A stretch of DNA of 64,000 bases from an uncultured virus (IMG/VR IMGVR_UViG_3300009408_000009) (IMGVR_UViG_3300009408_000009); one strand, 5' to 3'; numbered from the stretch's first letter, positions 19,142 to 29,252 are shown. Made by a program: numbers and translations. Notes: generated by a model from the letters alone, not told the origin.

Positions 19142-19627
19142 TTATTTTGCAGATGTTAATTTCATATATCGTAACGTATGCAAAGTGCTATACCCAACAA
19201 TTGACCAAATAGCAATTATTTCAAACTCGTATAAATAATGAAATGGAATAAATAGTATACTCATTACGATTGGCAATGCGCATTGCCAATATCGTTTATC
19301 ACATATAATTAAAATCGTGGTGTATGTAAAAAACGCTCCAGCAAGTATATTATGTAATTCGCGATGATGAACATTTATAAATGCAATTAATATTAATAAA
19401 ATGCCAGATATTACGAAAGAATCTCTACCTATCATAAATCCTATTGATATAATTAATAATAGCATGAATAACATAGTTCGTGCTGATGTGAAATAATAAT
19501 CACTCAGCGATGGTTGAAATTTATTGGTATAGTAATACAGTATGAATGGCAATAAAAAAGCTAATAAATTTGTTAATAATACAATTCCTACTTTAAGTTT
19601 ATTAATTATATTCATAGTTACCCACAA
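19142..19627 (-). CDS. Multi-pass membrane protein
   Basis: About 5 hydrophobic segments; SLSDYY and HNILAGAFF motifs. Confidence 0.65.
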   Translation of the reverse strand: MWVTMNIINKLKVGIVLLTNLLAFLLPFILYYYTNKFQPSLSDYYFTSARTMLFMLLLIISIGFMIGRDSFVISGILLILIAFINVHHRELHNILAGAFFTYTTILIICDKRYWQCALPIVMSILFIPFHYLYEFEIIAIWSIVGYSTLHTLRYMKLTSAK

Positions 19628-20355
19628 TAAATAAATAAGCGTTCGGTGCTTTCTTTAGTTCCTCCAACAACGCCATTTGCACTTAATTGGCTTTTAGTTT
19701 CTTTCTGCCACACGCAAACAAAATCACTTGGTGCATTATATTCACTTACGTACACTTTATGTCCTTGTTTGCTTTTAGTTCGTACCCAATCCCAAAACAA
19801 AATATGATTAAAGTCAGTTCTATCAACGTACTTGGTTGTATTCTCATAAGGTGGGTCGCAATAAATAATACTGCTTTTAGGTATCTCTATTTCATTATAT
19901 TTAAAATTAGTAAACTTAACACCTTTTAATTTTGGTATTTGTTTATCAGTACTATTTATAGCTTCTGTTTGGTAATTTGGTAGTTTACCGTTTTTCAGTC
20001 TTCTGCTTTCAGGGTAATCGCCCGCGTATCCACCAAAATACTTACCAGAGTAACTACATAAAAAACCTATCCACCCAACTAACTTTTTGCTGTAATTTTG
20101 TTTTTTACTTTTTACATTATTATAAAGTTCTTTGCTTACATTAAGTGGTGGTTGCCATAAGTCGTAAACAAGGGCTTTCCACATATCAATAAGTTCAGTG
20201 TGTATATCGTTTGCTATTCGGTTTCCTGTTACTTTATCAATCATATTCATACCTCCAGCAAATGGCTCAACGTACCATTGATTAGGTTTTCTGTCTTTTA
20301 ATATAATTGGCAGTAATTCTTTAGCAAATCTATTTTTGCTTCCCATATATTTCAT
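19618..20355 (-). CDS. Dam-like DNA adenine methyltransferase
   Basis: MKYMGSK, VEPFAGG, IYCDPPY. Confidence 0.9.
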   Translation of the reverse strand: MKYMGSKNRFAKELLPIILKDRKPNQWYVEPFAGGMNMIDKVTGNRIANDIHTELIDMWKALVYDLWQPPLNVSKELYNNVKSKKQNYSKKLVGWIGFLCSYSGKYFGGYAGDYPESRRLKNGKLPNYQTEAINSTDKQIPKLKGVKFTNFKYNEIEIPKSSIIYCDPPYENTTKYVDRTDFNHILFWDWVRTKSKQGHKVYVSEYNAPSDFVCVWQKETKSQLSANGVVGGTKESTERLFIYCG

Positions 20356-20381
20356 AGCTCTGTTCTTTTAAATCTTATTTA

Positions 20382-20654
20382 TTAACGGTGGGGAACATCG
20401 GGTAAAATTAATGCTTCACTTCGTGCTTTTCTATCAGCGTTTTTCTTATTCAAAGCGTGTATCACTTTTTCGCCATAAAAAAATTCCGTTAGTCCTTTAG
20501 GTATTACCTTTTTAACCTGTTTTATTTGCTTTCGTTTTTTATGTCTAATACCTTCGTCTGTTAATTCATTCACAGCATCACCATAAACATCATTTCCCAT
20601 TGTCGCAAACAAACCATGCATCATTGCCATTTTTGAGGCTTTATTCATTTTCAT
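20382..20654 (-). CDS. Hypothetical protein whose 3' end runs into an attC-like arm
   Basis: C-terminal ALILPDVPHR is encoded by the repeat at 20388-20430. Confidence 0.55.
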   Translation of the reverse strand: MKMNKASKMAMMHGLFATMGNDVYGDAVNELTDEGIRHKKRKQIKQVKKVIPKGLTEFFYGEKVIHALNKKNADRKARSEALILPDVPHR

Positions 20655-20692
20655 ATTTTTACTATTTTAGTTTTTAATAAATCGGTCAAATT

Positions 20693-21834
20693 TCATAAGA
20701 TTATTGGCTTTTTATTTTTTATAATAATTCGTGCATATACTTTATTCAATCTGTAATTTTCAGAAGTTAAGTATTTACCGTTTTTATCTTTTACATATAA
20801 TAAATAATCACGTTTATCAGAGATAGGTTTTTTTGTTATAGGGTCTCTGAATTTTTTATATTTTTTTGTAGGCGTAAAATTTGCTTCACCAATACCAAGT
20901 GTTACTATTTCAAATTGGCTTGGATTATATTTATCTACAAATGTAATTGGCACACCCATTAAACCTTCATAATCCATAGGTATATTTGCTACTTTGGATA
21001 CTTCAATTGCATTATAATTGTCATATTCTGGATATTCATCTTCATTCCCTTTATATGTTTTAACAAGTATTAAATCTTCTTTATGCTTTTTTACTTCAAG
21101 ATTTGTAAACCAACAAGAAGTTGAAACACGAGCAATTTTTCTACCTTTTTCATCTATGTGATGATATTTTTCCCAATGGTCTGGATCCACGAAAAACATA
21201 CCTACATTAAAATTTGTATAACCTGTTCTAATTTTATCTTCTTTAATTAACTTGAAAAGCTCTTTGTAAGTAATAGCATTTGTATTGCCAATAATTAGAT
21301 ATTTTTTACTATGCTCTTCCAATAAGGCAACATATTCACGAAATAATGAAAAAGGCGGATTTGTAACTACAATATCTGCTTCTTTTAAAATTGTAACACA
21401 CTCATTACTTCTAAAATCGCCACTTCCTTTAAGTGGCGATGCAGAATTTTTATCGTGTTTTAAAAGGTATTCAACATCTAAAATATTTATTGCACCATCA
21501 TTATTGTAATCTTTTACTTCATTAATTTCAATTTTCATATGTTCTTTTTTCTTTTCATTTTTAACACCTTCAATGTCAAAAAAAGATAATTGTTTTCCAA
21601 CAATTGGCGAACCTGCATAACTTGTTACAATTAATTTTTTAAGTCCGAGCATATTAAAGTTAGAAGCAAAATATTTAAAAAAATTGCTTTCAATGGGTCG
21701 TCAGCATTACAATAAACAACTTTATCTTTGAATTGGCTTTTGTAGTGTTTTACTTCTTTTTCAATATCTGAAAGTTGTGTGTAAAACTCATCATTTTTAG
21801 ATACTTTTGCTTTTGTTAAATCTTTTTTAGCCAT
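20693..21834 (-). pseudogene. M.EcoRI-family adenine methyltransferase split by a 1-nt deletion near 21692
   Basis: KNDEFYTQLSDIEKE and YCNADDP in one frame; ESNFFKYF...VVTNPPFSLFREY in the -1 frame. Confidence 0.85.
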
Positions 21835-21899
21835 TTATTTCCTTTTTAAGTTTGTTTTCTTTTTCGGTTTCTTTAAATGCCCTACAACACGTGCTATAA

Positions 21900-22433
21900 T
21901 TAATAAAGGGTTCGATGCTCTAAATTAATATTGTGTTCTTTTGCATATTCATTTAACAAATTTCTATAAAGTTCAACGGGCTTCTGTGTTGGGTGTATGC
22001 TACCACCTTTTTGTGCTATCAACCCCCTGTTAAATGTGAACACCCTTGTAGGCTTATTAAAGCTACTATAAGCAAGTTCGCAATCACTCATTGTTAAGCC
22101 GTGTTGCCCTTTATCCCAAACTATCCACCCTTTAGTTCCTTTTTGCAAATGAGCAACAAAATAATTCGCACCCCAAACAATTTGATTTTTACTTATTCGT
22201 TCAAGTTCATCAAAATACTCTTGTGTAGGTATTGCATTATCCCAATTTTTAAAATCGTGTGCTTTCCTGTTGTGTTTAGGGTTTTTACATTTGCTTTCTT
22301 TCTGCTCATCAATACCTAATCCATAAGGTGGGTCAACAATAGCCAAATCAAATTGTTTATCCTCGCATTGCTTCATAAACGGCACGCAATCAACATTATA
22401 TAATTCTATTTTACTTCTGTACATATCTATCAT
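21900..22433 (-). pseudogene. Beta-class DNA methyltransferase truncated before motif I
   Basis: AIVDPPY and IHPTQKP present; ends after YAKE inside an attC-like arm with no FxGxG. Confidence 0.8.
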
Positions 22434-22446
22434 TTTTTAAAACTAA

Positions 22447-22501
22447 GGGTAACACCGCATAAAATTCATTAAAACGAAATTTTATACGCAATCCGTTACC
22501 C
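22447..22501. repeat. attC-like site
   Basis: GGGTAAC...GTTACCC outer inverted repeat; inner arms CGCATAAAATT/AATTTTATACG. Confidence 0.7.
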
Positions 22502-22545
22502 ACAATAATTGATAAACTCTGTGCTTCCTCGATATCCTTTCCGCA

Positions 22546-23580
22546 TTACCAAAATACAGGTTTGCACTCTTGCACGTGCAAAAATCTTTCTTCTCCCCTT
22601 CTTTTTTTAGCAATATTATAAATATCAATATCATTTTCAATACTTATACTATTTCTACCAAGTTCAAAACTTGCAATTCCTGTTGTATCGCTTCCGCAAG
22701 TGTTGTCTAAAACCCATTCGCTTTTATTAGAGTATGTTTCAATAAAAAACTTTATCAATCCTAATGGTTTTTGTGTTGTATGATAATCATTTTCTCTATT
22801 GTATTTTAGTACACTTTTTGGATAACCAGTTTTTGTTTGAGTGTAAGTTTCTCTTTTACTCTCAGAAGATAAATGCCCTAAACTTCCTGCTTTACCCTTA
22901 TTGCTACATTTAATGTCTGTATCTTGTAAATCCAAATTGTAAGTAACACTTTTTACATTGTTTAATATCTCGTCATATTTATCTTCAATACCAAATAAGT
23001 TACATATTTTAAACCATTGTTCTCTTGTCGGTAATTGTGAACCATTTAATTTATTTGTAACCCATCCAGTTATATTTCCATTTTTAGATAATTGTAGCCT
23101 TGAAATATCAATGTGTTTTAAGTTAAGTCGTTCCATATTGCTTTTCATAATTTCAGAAAATTGCATATTAGGTGTTTCATTATAAAATACAGAAATATTT
23201 TCGTGTACTTTTAATGGTTGGTAGTTCACTAATTGAAAGTTCCCTGCGTTATTCTTTTCCCAAATCCAATCATACTTATACCAATCTAAATTACTTGCTC
23301 TTAAAAGTGTAGAAAAAGGTTCAGAGCCAAACAATACTATAACACCTTTGTCTTTTATAACTCGTTTATATTCTTTCCATAGTTTTTCAAATGGTATTAT
23401 TACATCCCAACTACAAGCAGTTGTCCCATAAGGCAAATCACAGCAAATAAGGTCAATGCTTTTATTTGGTATTCTTTTCATTTCTTCCAAGCAATCACCA
23501 AACCATAATAAGTTATTTGTCTTCCTATCGTCAACCATTTTGCCATCGCTCAAAAAAATATTATTACTATGTTCTGTCAT
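22546..23580 (-). CDS. Beta-class N6A/N4C DNA methyltransferase with an HTH-like insert
   Basis: CCDLPYG, HTTQKP; motif I reads NTCGSDTTG (Asp at the usual Gly). Confidence 0.85.
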   Translation of the reverse strand: MTEHSNNIFLSDGKMVDDRKTNNLLWFGDCLEEMKRIPNKSIDLICCDLPYGTTACSWDVIIPFEKLWKEYKRVIKDKGVIVLFGSEPFSTLLRASNLDWYKYDWIWEKNNAGNFQLVNYQPLKVHENISVFYNETPNMQFSEIMKSNMERLNLKHIDISRLQLSKNGNITGWVTNKLNGSQLPTREQWFKICNLFGIEDKYDEILNNVKSVTYNLDLQDTDIKCSNKGKAGSLGHLSSESKRETYTQTKTGYPKSVLKYNRENDYHTTQKPLGLIKFFIETYSNKSEWVLDNTCGSDTTGIASFELGRNSISIENDIDIYNIAKKRRGEERFLHVQECKPVFW

Positions 23581-23615
23581 ATATTTAAGTTTTTAGTTTA
23601 TTTAGTCGCACCAAT

Positions 23616-23679
23616 TGGTAACACCGCATATAATTCATTGGCAAAAAAGCCAACGCAATCATATTCTTATCCGTTACCC
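23616..23679. repeat. attC-like site
   Basis: TGGTAACACCGCATATAATT...TTGGC-A5-GCCAA inner hairpin...ATCCGTTACCC. Confidence 0.7.
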
Positions 23680-23775
23680 ACAATAAATAAATAAGCGTTC
23701 GGTACTTACTTTGTTACCACCATACACGTCATTTGCAGATAATTGACTATTTGTTTCTTTCTGCCACACGCAAAC
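23674..23775 (-). pseudogene. 3' fragment of a second Dam-like methyltransferase
   Basis: Encodes VCVWQKETNSQLSAN...TERLFIYCG*, paralogous to the end of 19618..20355. Confidence 0.75.
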
Positions 23776-23802
23776 GTCGTCAAACACCAAATATAGCTTA
23801 TG

Positions 23803-24789
23803 TTATAATTCTTGGTTAAACAATGTTTTAGTATTCAATTCTTTTTCTTTTTCTGCCACCCTTTTACTCGCAATTTCAAAATAATTCTCGTCCATTTCAA
23901 TACCAATTCCGTTTCTATTAGTGTTTTTACAGGCTACTAAAGTACTTCCAGAACCCATTGTTAAATCTACTACTAAATCATTTTCATTACTAAAAGTCTT
24001 TATCAAATCTTCCAACAATAATATAGGTTTCTGTGTCGGGTGGTATCCGTTATAATCTTTTTTATATTTTAGAATATTTGATTTGTATTTTTTACCTTCC
24101 CATAGATTAAAAACAGAACCTTTGTAAGTATTCATTTTTATCAACTCATCGTAAGGCATTTTAAAATAACCAGTAGGTTGTAAAACGTTTTCATATATTT
24201 CTTTTGTAGGTACTAAAAATTGTGATGTTTCCCAATATCTTGCAACTAAACTTCTATGCTTATTTTTTTCTTTACCCGAATATTCACAATATCTATAATT
24301 AAACTCAGTAGTGGTTATACCACTTTCTATTTTACATTTTTTTAAATAATTATAAATGGGGTTTGTTGGTTTTACGTCTTTTCCTTTTTCATAATCTTTA
24401 CTAAAAACCAATATATCCTCATAGTAATTAACAGGTGCTTTTTTACTTAACAAAGCGTTTGCAAAGTCATTCTTTTCCCAAATCATAGAATAATTATAGG
24501 GTATATTTTGTACTTGTGCGTTTTTTAATTCAGTACTAAATGGGTCTTGTGCAAACAAAACCATTTTTCCATCCTTTCTCAAAATTCTATCAGAAATCTG
24601 CATTATTTTATTGGTATTAATTACATTATCCCATAAATGCCCATCGTGGTTTTTTCTTCCATAACCAACAAACTCTTCATTTATACCTTTCATAATGCCA
24701 TAAGGTAAATCAGTCAATATTAAATCAACACTACCACTTTCTATTTTTTCGTGTTCTACTAAACAATCACCTTTTAATAATTTAATCAT
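23803..24789 (-). CDS. Beta-class DNA methyltransferase (apparently intact)
   Basis: LTDLPYG, HPTQKP, VDLTMGSGST. Confidence 0.9.
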   Translation of the reverse strand: MIKLLKGDCLVEHEKIESGSVDLILTDLPYGIMKGINEEFVGYGRKNHDGHLWDNVINTNKIMQISDRILRKDGKMVLFAQDPFSTELKNAQVQNIPYNYSMIWEKNDFANALLSKKAPVNYYEDILVFSKDYEKGKDVKPTNPIYNYLKKCKIESGITTTEFNYRYCEYSGKEKNKHRSLVARYWETSQFLVPTKEIYENVLQPTGYFKMPYDELIKMNTYKGSVFNLWEGKKYKSNILKYKKDYNGYHPTQKPILLLEDLIKTFSNENDLVVDLTMGSGSTLVACKNTNRNGIGIEMDENYFEIASKRVAEKEKELNTKTLFNQEL

Positions 24790-24866
24790 AATTCTTTGCC
24801 TTTGTGCTTTTCTTTGTTTTTATCTATTTAAAATAATTTTTTTATTTTATTCGTTTATTATTTTTG

Positions 24867-25520
24867 CTACTTCAAAGTGCATACCATCTTTTCTATGAAA
24901 GTACTACCTACTCCCATAGTAAAATCTAAAACAGTTTCGCCTTCGTTTGTGTAGGTTTTAATTAAATATTCCAACAATTCAACTGGTTTTTGTGTTGGGT
25001 GTTTATTTCCTTTTCTGTTTGCGTTAGATATATCAATTATACTTTTAGGGTTTTTCCCTTTAGTTGTATGTACTTTATCTCCAGTACCTTTTTTCCCAAA
25101 ACTTTCACCTCCACCATATTTATCTTTATAATTTCTAATTTTGTCTAAATCGGTTTTAATAGGGTAAAATGTTTCCTTAGTACTATTAAAAATTAAAATA
25201 TTTTCGTGTATTTTCATAGGCTGTTGTTTCGCTAAAAATACGTTTCCTGCAAGTCTTTTATTCCACACCCAGTCATACTTATAATTCTTAATATTACTCA
25301 TTCGTAAAGCACTACTAAAGGGTTCGCTTCCAAATAACACAATAGCACCATTTGGCTTTATAATTCTATGTAATTCATTCCACATCAAATCAAAATCTAT
25401 TACACTATCCCATTTACAGGCTGTTGTACCGTAAGGAGGGTCTGTAATAATAGCATCTATACTTTTATCAGGTATATCTTTCATTAATTCTAAACAATCG
25501 CCTTTTAGTAATTTAATCAT
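24867..25520 (-). pseudogene. Beta-class DNA methyltransferase, C-terminally truncated
   Basis: ITDPPYG, HPTQKP, LDFTMGVGST, then a short unrelated tail. Confidence 0.75.
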
Positions 25521-25774
25521 AATTCTTTGCCTTTGCGCTCAAGAAAAAGAGCATTCGTTAATATTTAATAATTCGTTATTCATTCCACACAAGCCATATT
25601 TTGTTACGTTAAGCCGTAATATTATTTCATCATTTACAACTAATGGTAAATCTTTTATTATGTGTATTGCAACTATTGGCATTCCCCATTGATTTGCATC
25701 AGGTAATTTGGATTGTGCTTGTTTTAAAATTTCTTCTCTATCCATTGTTTTGTGTTTCTTTATAAAATTACAAT

Positions 25775-25869
25775 TTACAACACGGTGTATAAAAAATAGC
25801 CTAATTAAGTTTTGTAATAATTCCGAACGTCCGTGTATGGGCTACTTTTCATACACTCGTCCGTTTAAA
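25775..25869. repeat. attC-like site
   Basis: TTACAAC-ACG-GTGTATAAAAAATAGCC...GGCTACTTTTCATACAC-TCGTCC-GTT. Confidence 0.72.
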
Positions 25870-25991
25870 TTAATTTTAGCATATTACGTAGGTGTCCTCG
25901 CTAATTGTTTTCTTTACATTGTTGGTTTTCTTTTTGTTATGTTCTAATCTAAATTACCTAAAACTAATACAAACTCCAAATATAGCTTATG

Positions 25992-26345
25992 TTATAATTC
26001 TTGGTTAAACAATGTTTTAGTATTCAATTCTTTTTCTTTTTCCGCCACCCTTTTTTTTCCAATTTCAACTCCTTTTAAATTTATATCACAACCAATAAAA
26101 TTACGTTTTAAATCAACACAAACTTCTGCTGTTGTAAAAGAACCACTATAAAAGTCTGCAACCAAATCACCCTCATTACTACTTGCTTTTATTATTCGTT
26201 CAATTAATGCTTTTGGTTTTTGAGTTGCGTAACCAATACGTTCTTTAGCTTGTGAGTTTAAGAAAGATATTTCCCAAACATTACCAAGCCTTGTTTTAGT
26301 TTCCGTATCTGTAAATACGGTAGTACGTGTTCCGTTACCAAACAT
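25992..26345 (-). pseudogene. C-terminal half of a beta-class DNA methyltransferase
   Basis: GYATQKP and VADFYSGS present, no DPPY; last ~79 bp near-identical to the end of 23803..24789. Confidence 0.75.
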
Positions 26346-26363
26346 TAAAAACGATTTGGTAAC
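26334..26363. repeat. Putative empty 30-bp cassette between attC-like cores
   Basis: GTTACCAAA-N12-TTTGGTAAC followed by ACAGTATAAAAT (left-arm pattern). Confidence 0.6.
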
Positions 26364-26421
26364 ACAGTATAAAATGTATAGTCAAGTTTCGTTTTAAATT
26401 CAATGTTCTGTTTACCCATAA

Positions 26422-26949
26422 TTAAAATATTTTTTTTGCCAACGCTTCAAATACAAATTGTTTAGGTAAAATTTTACTACAAAAGTATACACTCTTAAAA
26501 GTTGCACCTCTTTTTATTTCTCCGTCTTTTATGTAGTTAATCCTCTTATCAAAAATCATTATTTCAAAAGGATTGTTTTTAAGCAGTTCATATCGTTTTT
26601 TAGTGTCAAATAAGCCACTTTCATTTATTAATAATGCAAATGGTTTACCAATAAAAAACAATCTTTCTAAAATTGGTGTTCTTAAGCTATATGGTGGGTT
26701 TGAAATTATCATATCGTAATTTTGTGGCTCATACTCAAAGAAATTTTTACCGTCTTCAATGTGTCCGTAAATAACTGTATTCCCATTTTCTCGTAGTAAC
26801 TTAACAAAATTACTTTCTGCTTTATCAAATGGGCACCATATAGTTTTATCACTTGGTATATATTTTAATAATGGTTTTATAGCATATTCAAGTGTATAAA
26901 ATTCATCTGATTTATTTAACTTATCTTGTTTAAATTCGTGATTTGTCAT
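26422..26949 (-). CDS. Small phage-type adenine methyltransferase
   Basis: SDEFYT, IWCPFD, ISNPPYS. Confidence 0.82.
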   Translation of the reverse strand: MTNHEFKQDKLNKSDEFYTLEYAIKPLLKYIPSDKTIWCPFDKAESNFVKLLRENGNTVIYGHIEDGKNFFEYEPQNYDMIISNPPYSLRTPILERLFFIGKPFALLINESGLFDTKKRYELLKNNPFEIMIFDKRINYIKDGEIKRGATFKSVYFCSKILPKQFVFEALAKKIF

Positions 26950-26964
26950 CGCACTTTATCTTTT

Positions 26965-27528
26965 TCAAAGCCATTTGATAATTGGCTCTCCCTTATACCC
27001 TATTTCCCATATATACCAAGCATACGTTATAAAACCTTTATTTTTACCTTCCCAATCTGGTCGAGTTAATGTCTGTCTCTTGCTAAAAACATAAACGTAT
27101 TTTAATGGTGAATTTTCTAAAAATGGTTTTCTTTTCACACCCTCTAAAAAATTAATTTTCATCAAAAATGCTACTTTTTTCCTCGCTACAATAAGTGCTG
27201 CTTGAGCAAACTCAAGAGCTAAATTATACGGTGGGTTTGTAATCACATTATCAAACATATCCGCTTGTGGCATAAATAAAAAATCAATTCCTGTCTCTCC
27301 ATAGCCTCTATCGAATAAATCTCTGCTTGTTACATTAAAACCTTTTTTTATTAACTCAATAGATATATGCCCCTCGCCACAACAAGGTTCTAAAATAGAC
27401 CCATTGAAACTTTCTTTTTCTAAAATAGGGAACAGTACAAAATTTGGTGTTGGGTAAAAATCTCCTTTGGGTCTTTTGCTTTTATCAGCAAATCCTGCAA
27501 TTCTTTCCGCTTTTTTATATTCTCTCAT
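26965..27528 (-). CDS. Small phage-type adenine methyltransferase
   Basis: DFYPTP, ILEPCCGEG, ITNPPY. Confidence 0.85.
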   Translation of the reverse strand: MREYKKAERIAGFADKSKRPKGDFYPTPNFVLFPILEKESFNGSILEPCCGEGHISIELIKKGFNVTSRDLFDRGYGETGIDFLFMPQADMFDNVITNPPYNLALEFAQAALIVARKKVAFLMKINFLEGVKRKPFLENSPLKYVYVFSKRQTLTRPDWEGKNKGFITYAWYIWEIGYKGEPIIKWL

Positions 27529-27641
27529 ATTCTTATTTCTTCTAATAATTTAATTGTATTCATAATTTATAAAATTTAGTTTATTAATGCGTCCTAATCT
27601 TCCCCACATCCGTTACTACGAGAACGATTTTTATTCAATCA

Positions 27642-27691
27642 GTGAACTACCCACCCACGCAAAAGCGATGAGTGAGTTTTATGCTCAATTT
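27642..27691 (-). mobile_element. ~50-bp IS200/IS605-derived mini element (second copy)
   Basis: Reverse complement of 3445-3495 with a different loop; also preceded by TTTAT. Confidence 0.65.
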
Positions 27692-27731
27692 ATAAATATT
27701 AAAAAAATAATATTTTTTGGTTAAACAAACT

Positions 27732-28301
27732 TTAATATGAATAATCTCGCTTTGGCCCTGTAAGATTTCCGTTGAGTAAATAAGAACAATTCAGACATAG
27801 CATTCTTAGATTTTCGTATTTATGATTTTTTCTATCGCCATCTAAAAAATCTAATACTAATGGAACTCGATTATCAGTAATTCTTCGTTCTTCAAATCCG
27901 CAGTTATTGCATTTCTCTAGCATGTATCCGTTTAGTAAGATTCTGCGTTTTAGTTTCCATACGGGATAATTAGGATATTTTCCTTCAAGAAGATCTTTTA
28001 ATGAATATACGCCTCGTCTGATATTATATCCTTTTTTTATTCCAACGCCTGTTGGATTTTTTAAGTTTTCAAACATACCATATTTTCTAGCATATTTTTT
28101 ATACGTATTGTATGATACTCCTAGTATTCTTGCAGCTTCCATTGCGGAACGTGCACGGGTTTGAACTGATAATATTTCTGATTCTAGTAATGGTTTTGAA
28201 CCCAATCCTCGTTTCATTCTACGATAGCCAGGAGCTAATGATAAATCCTTAGTTGGATCAAAATTTGGAAACGATTTATTTTCACATTTTTTATTTTCCA
28301 T
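27732..28301 (-). CDS. HTH plus HNH-like zinc-binding protein
   Basis: AARILGVSYNTY; CNNCG...DGDRKNHKYENLRMLCLNC. Confidence 0.7.
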   Translation of the reverse strand: MENKKCENKSFPNFDPTKDLSLAPGYRRMKRGLGSKPLLESEILSVQTRARSAMEAARILGVSYNTYKKYARKYGMFENLKNPTGVGIKKGYNIRRGVYSLKDLLEGKYPNYPVWKLKRRILLNGYMLEKCNNCGFEERRITDNRVPLVLDFLDGDRKNHKYENLRMLCLNCSYLLNGNLTGPKRDYSY

Positions 28302-28397
28302 AGTACTATTAGTTTACTATAAGTATGTCATAATAAATTTTTGAGTATAAAATTATGATTTTTTTAATATAGATTTATTAAATCATAATGTACGTTA

Positions 28398-28889
28398 CTA
28401 TATCTTATTTATTTTTATTAAATTATTTATTAATTTTGAAAACGAAACAGTAGGAGAACCTTTAGTAATATCGATATCAATAAAATTAGATTCGGGATGT
28501 TCAAAATTTTTAACGAAATATTCACCGCAATCTTGTTTTTCTGAACTGTGTATAAGTATTTCAACTATATTGTCACCAAGTTTTTCTTTAAATTTTTCTC
28601 TTAAATCTAAATAAGGGGTAACTAATGAAACGACAACATCGCAACCGTTACTATACAAATATTCTGTTAGTGCTTGCGCGTTGGTAATATTAGTTATTTG
28701 GCCTTGCTGAGTATAATCTTTATTTTGATATAGCTCTCGTAAAGTATCACTTTCGATATGAAATACATCTCTTCGCCAATTTCGTTTTTCTGTTCTTAAA
28801 AAATTATATAATTTTATAGCTAATGTGGTTTTTCCCGTTGTAGGTTGTCCTATAAACCAAAAAACTCTGCCTAGTTGTTTTTCTTTCAT
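28398..28889 (-). CDS. Adenylylsulfate kinase-like P-loop protein
   Basis: FWFIGQPTTGKTT, VVVSLVTPY, FEHP. Confidence 0.7.
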   Translation of the reverse strand: MKEKQLGRVFWFIGQPTTGKTTLAIKLYNFLRTEKRNWRRDVFHIESDTLRELYQNKDYTQQGQITNITNAQALTEYLYSNGCDVVVSLVTPYLDLREKFKEKLGDNIVEILIHSSEKQDCGEYFVKNFEHPESNFIDIDITKGSPTVSFSKLINNLIKINKI

Positions 28890-29252
28890 TTATTCTCTAT
28901 TTATAGCTTTTTTGTATTCATCATATTCTTTTTCTTCATCTGTTTTGTATTTTTTAGGGGAATTTATTGTTGGTGTAGCATCTGTAGGTTGTTGATATTT
29001 TTTGTAGCTAGAAGCAGCACTTCCTATCATTGATATACCAAAACTGCCTAGTGTTATTGTTACAAATGAACTATAAATTGTATTATTTACAGGTATATTA
29101 TATCCAAGAATACTACTTATTATAGATATAATTGCATAAATTACCATTATTGCGAAAGAAATAAAGCCAACTACTGATTTTTCATTAATAGTATTAGTAT
29201 CTTTAAATATATCCCAAAATTTCATAAAATTCTCCTTAATTTTAAATTTCAT
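28890..29252 (-). CDS. Putative holin
   Basis: Two TM segments and a charged tail; adjacent to the endolysin. Confidence 0.55.
   Translation of the reverse strand: MKFKIKENFMKFWDIFKDTNTINEKSVVGFISFAIMVIYAIISIISSILGYNIPVNNTIYSSFVTITLGSFGISMIGSAASSYKKYQQPTDATPTINSPKKYKTDEEKEYDEYKKAINRE

Noticed and set aside
19618..27528. Complete restriction-modification systems
   Set aside because: No restriction endonuclease or specificity subunit is recognisable beside the MTases.
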